Shown: piece by piece, positions 48,300 through 50,689 of the stretch
How the letters are laid out: every line of letters begins with the position of its first letter
Numbering within the stretch: the first letter of the stretch is position 1
NCBI GenBank assembly: GCA_965372715.1
Contig: CBDVDH010000024.1
Span: 1 to 50,689, forward strand
Reading direction: 5' to 3'
DNA from: an uncultured bacterium
GTDB taxonomy: Bacteria; B130-G9
Length of the DNA stretch: 50,689 nucleotides
Program-made: the position numbers and the translations under genes
The notes under the pieces: model-generated
Databases searched by the model: none
What the model saw: only the letters and a program-made list of their open reading frames with translations
What the model was told of the DNA's origin: nothing

Positions 48300-50074
48300 C
48301 AGTAGATACCGTCATCTGGCGATATCAACCAGGGCGTGTAGAGTACGGACGTGCAAGCGCCACCCGTTGACCTCAGGGGCCTCACTATCATCGCGTCGGC
48401 TTCAGCGACATCGCTAAGCGCAAGTTCCGCGGTCGCTGAGAACTTCCTGCCGTCTTTCACGATATTTGTGATGACAAACTCAAAATGGGGGTTCTCCTCT
48501 TCGGTCTTTTCTGACTTGAATTCACACTTGCCTTTCTTATCTGTCTCTTCGGAATCAGCTCCGACCACCGAGCCTTGCCAGTAACCATATACGGTGACGC
48601 GCTTTGCAGGCTTTTGCCCCCTATCAGTTTTCAGAGTAACGGTTACGTTCGCCACGGCTTCATGCGTTCCGCGTTTGTCCTGCTTGATGGTCACGGAGAT
48701 TGAAGCGGTGTATTCCGGGAATTGAGGTATCAGGCCAGCCAAGGCACACTCAAGCGCCCTATCGACATCCACAAGCCCGTACCCGGTCTCGCAATCAAAC
48801 CGGTCGATGGCTGCTGGGTCGCCGTCGTTGGGGTCCCAACCGACCTTGGAAGCGGTCCCCTTCAAGACGGCCATGACTTCCTCTCGGTCCAGCCCAAGCG
48901 AGACCAATAGCCCTGCAATGCCAGAAACCTGGCCAGCCGCGGGGGACGTCCCAGGCGCCCACCAAAGGTCCCAACACCCGGAGGGTGCGCCTCCGTCAAA
49001 GCTCTCAGCAAGAACTGCCTCCGGATAGAGGTCGTCGTCTCTATCTCCGAAATCACCGCCGGGGGCTATCAAGTCCAAGGCGACGCCGTAATTGGAGTAG
49101 GACGCCCTATTCACCTCGTCCGGACCGTCGTCAGCAAGATTAGCGCCAACCGCTAAACACTCATTGTAGGCTGCGGGGAACTTGACGTAGCGAAGCTCGT
49201 TGTTACCCGACGAACCAATCATCACCACACCGTTGTCCGCCGCGTAAGTAACAGCCTTCGCCAGAATCTCGCTGCGAGAGAAATACCAGGAGACCCCCAG
49301 GCTGAAATTGAGAACGTCAGCATCGTTATCTACGGCATAGTAGATGCCTTCCGCCAATGACGCTGTATCGCCGGTCTGATACTCACCAAGGACTTTGACG
49401 GGCATGATCTTGCAGCCAAAAGCGATTGACGCCACGCCCTCAAGGTTGTTCGTTGATTGGGCGATAACGCCGCATACGAACGTGCCGTGCCCATTATCGT
49501 CGTTGGGATGATAGTCGTCGTTAACCGCGTCGTAGCCGTCCACGAACTCTATCTGTTCAAAGTCCGGCGCTCGCTCATACTGATACTTGGCATCTGCGTA
49601 ATCTTCATACGCTATCCCGGTATCCAGAACCGCAATGATAGCGGGGTCAGCAAACGCCGCATCCTTGAGAAACAGGTCCCAGGCCGCCTCGTAACCTATG
49701 TGTCTCAGATTCCACTGGAGCCAATACCACTCGTCGTTCGGTTCTCCGCACGCACGACACGCAAATGGTATTTCGGAATGACGGACACCAGAGACCCCTT
49801 TCGCCTTGGCTATGGCGCTTCTGGAATCGTCGCCGTATGGAACCTGAACCTTCAGCACGCAGCTCCGGGGATAGTGCCGAATGAATCCGAAACCCAGCTG
49901 GGATAACCTTGAGCAGAGGGAATCGAACTCTAAAGCCCCCATGCTCTTCTCATACTGGATGAGGATTTGGTCTGGTGTGACCAGAGCCTCTTCGATCAGC
50001 TCATCTGCAAACATCACCGCGGATGCAAGCAGCATGAGGACGAATACAGACCCAATCAGGTGTGCGCTTCTCAT
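48299..50074 (-). CDS. Secreted S8 (subtilisin-like) serine peptidase with prodomain and C-terminal Ig-like domain
   Basis: AVLDTG, NGHGT, SSGN, GTSPAA; ATG 50074 after AAGGAG; signal peptide. Confidence 0.92.
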   Translation of the reverse strand: MRSAHLIGSVFVLMLLASAVMFADELIEEALVTPDQILIQYEKSMGALEFDSLCSRLSQLGFGFIRHYPRSCVLKVQVPYGDDSRSAIAKAKGVSGVRHSEIPFACRACGEPNDEWYWLQWNLRHIGYEAAWDLFLKDAAFADPAIIAVLDTGIAYEDYADAKYQYERAPDFEQIEFVDGYDAVNDDYHPNDDNGHGTFVCGVIAQSTNNLEGVASIAFGCKIMPVKVLGEYQTGDTASLAEGIYYAVDNDADVLNFSLGVSWYFSRSEILAKAVTYAADNGVVMIGSSGNNELRYVKFPAAYNECLAVGANLADDGPDEVNRASYSNYGVALDLIAPGGDFGDRDDDLYPEAVLAESFDGGAPSGCWDLWWAPGTSPAAGQVSGIAGLLVSLGLDREEVMAVLKGTASKVGWDPNDGDPAAIDRFDCETGYGLVDVDRALECALAGLIPQFPEYTASISVTIKQDKRGTHEAVANVTVTLKTDRGQKPAKRVTVYGYWQGSVVGADSEETDKKGKCEFKSEKTEEENPHFEFVITNIVKDGRKFSATAELALSDVAEADAMIVRPLRSTGGACTSVLYTPWLISPDDGIY

Positions 50075-50136
50075 TCTCTTCTCCTTACCGAGTTGTTGAA
50101 GCGAAGAAGTCATCGTTGGCAACGCACCAAATATAC

Positions 50137-50153
50137 AGCAGTTCACGTGCCAA
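50137..50153 (-). promoter_or_regulatory. Sigma54 (-24/-12) promoter of the S8 peptidase operon
   Basis: Minus strand TTGGCACGTGAACTGCT (GG-N10-GC), ~60 nt upstream of the ATG. Confidence 0.8.
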
Positions 50154-50547
50154 AGCGGGGATAAATCACTAAGCCAATTCATACTAGTTACGAGACCCCC
50201 ATTGGGCGGCCATTTCCAGAGACTGACGGCCCTAACGGAATGGGTCAGGGAGGCGGCACACAGACAACAAGAATCTGATGAATCGTGGTATTCTCGCCGC
50301 ATAACTAGGGCGCAGTTACCAATAGACCTGAAGAATCACATTGCTCGCGGTCAGTTTGGAGACGGGTCGATTTGGAGTGCGTTCGCCGGGCGGCGAAGCC
50401 TCGCCAATTGCATCTTTCCCTTTTCTCGCCATCTTCTACATACCAGGAGTTTTCGTGTTTTTCGGTCTTGATTTGCCGGGTTGTAGACTGTTCGGCTTGG
50501 TTTACAGCGAGGGGAGAGTGGGATTGACGTCAGGTCAGAGGGGCAGA

Positions 50548-50595
50548 AGTCCCCTGAAAGGGGGCCACGTGGGTAGCCCCGTGTGAAACGCGGGG
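50548..50595. repeat. REP-like double hairpin (CCCCTGAAAGGGG...CCCCGTGTGAAACGCGGGG)
   Basis: Same layout as 30668-30716. Confidence 0.6.
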
Positions 50596-50689
50596 TACTC
50601 GTGCGGGAACACGACCCTCACCCCGAAGGCGTCGGGCAATCTGCGTGGGATTTTACCACGCCAGCGGGGTGTAGTTGCTTTCTAGTAGC

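Noticed and set aside
50075-50302. N-terminal extension of the S8 ORF in the ORF track
   Set aside because: The RBS, signal peptide and sigma54 promoter all point to ATG 50074

Overview
A GC-rich bacterial chromosomal window with about 35 CDS and no rRNA, tRNA, CRISPR array or intact transposase that I could recognise. In order it carries: rqcH (NFACT; absent from the ORF track because it runs off the left edge); a Zn-type ABC importer (znuA-C-B); nrdR with NrdR boxes plus an M20 amidohydrolase; an accessory block with a TIGR04255-like / uncharacterised partner / HEPN three-gene cassette and a second partner-HEPN copy fused by deletion to a hutU fragment; envelope glycan genes (O-antigen ligase-like, flippase, GT-C); a UPF0175/DUF3368 TA pair; a TetR-TolC-MFP-RND-MFP-RND operon with a 30-codon TolC-tail relic; three tandem B12-binding radical SAM genes; a surface protein split by an in-frame TAA; two tandem APC permease-PTS EIIA fusions; CapK-like, DUF362 and GT-C-like genes; and a sigma54 module (activator, collapsed Ser/Thr kinase-His kinase hybrid, and a sigma54 promoter ahead of an S8 protease-receiver operon). 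Intergenic regions hold several REP-like palindrome families and heptamer tandem repeats. The best candidates for something undescribed are the HEPN cassette, the double RND pump with one subunit lacking the TM4 Asp, the APC-EIIA pair and the B12 radical SAM triplet. All family assignments come from motif recognition by eye; no searches were run.
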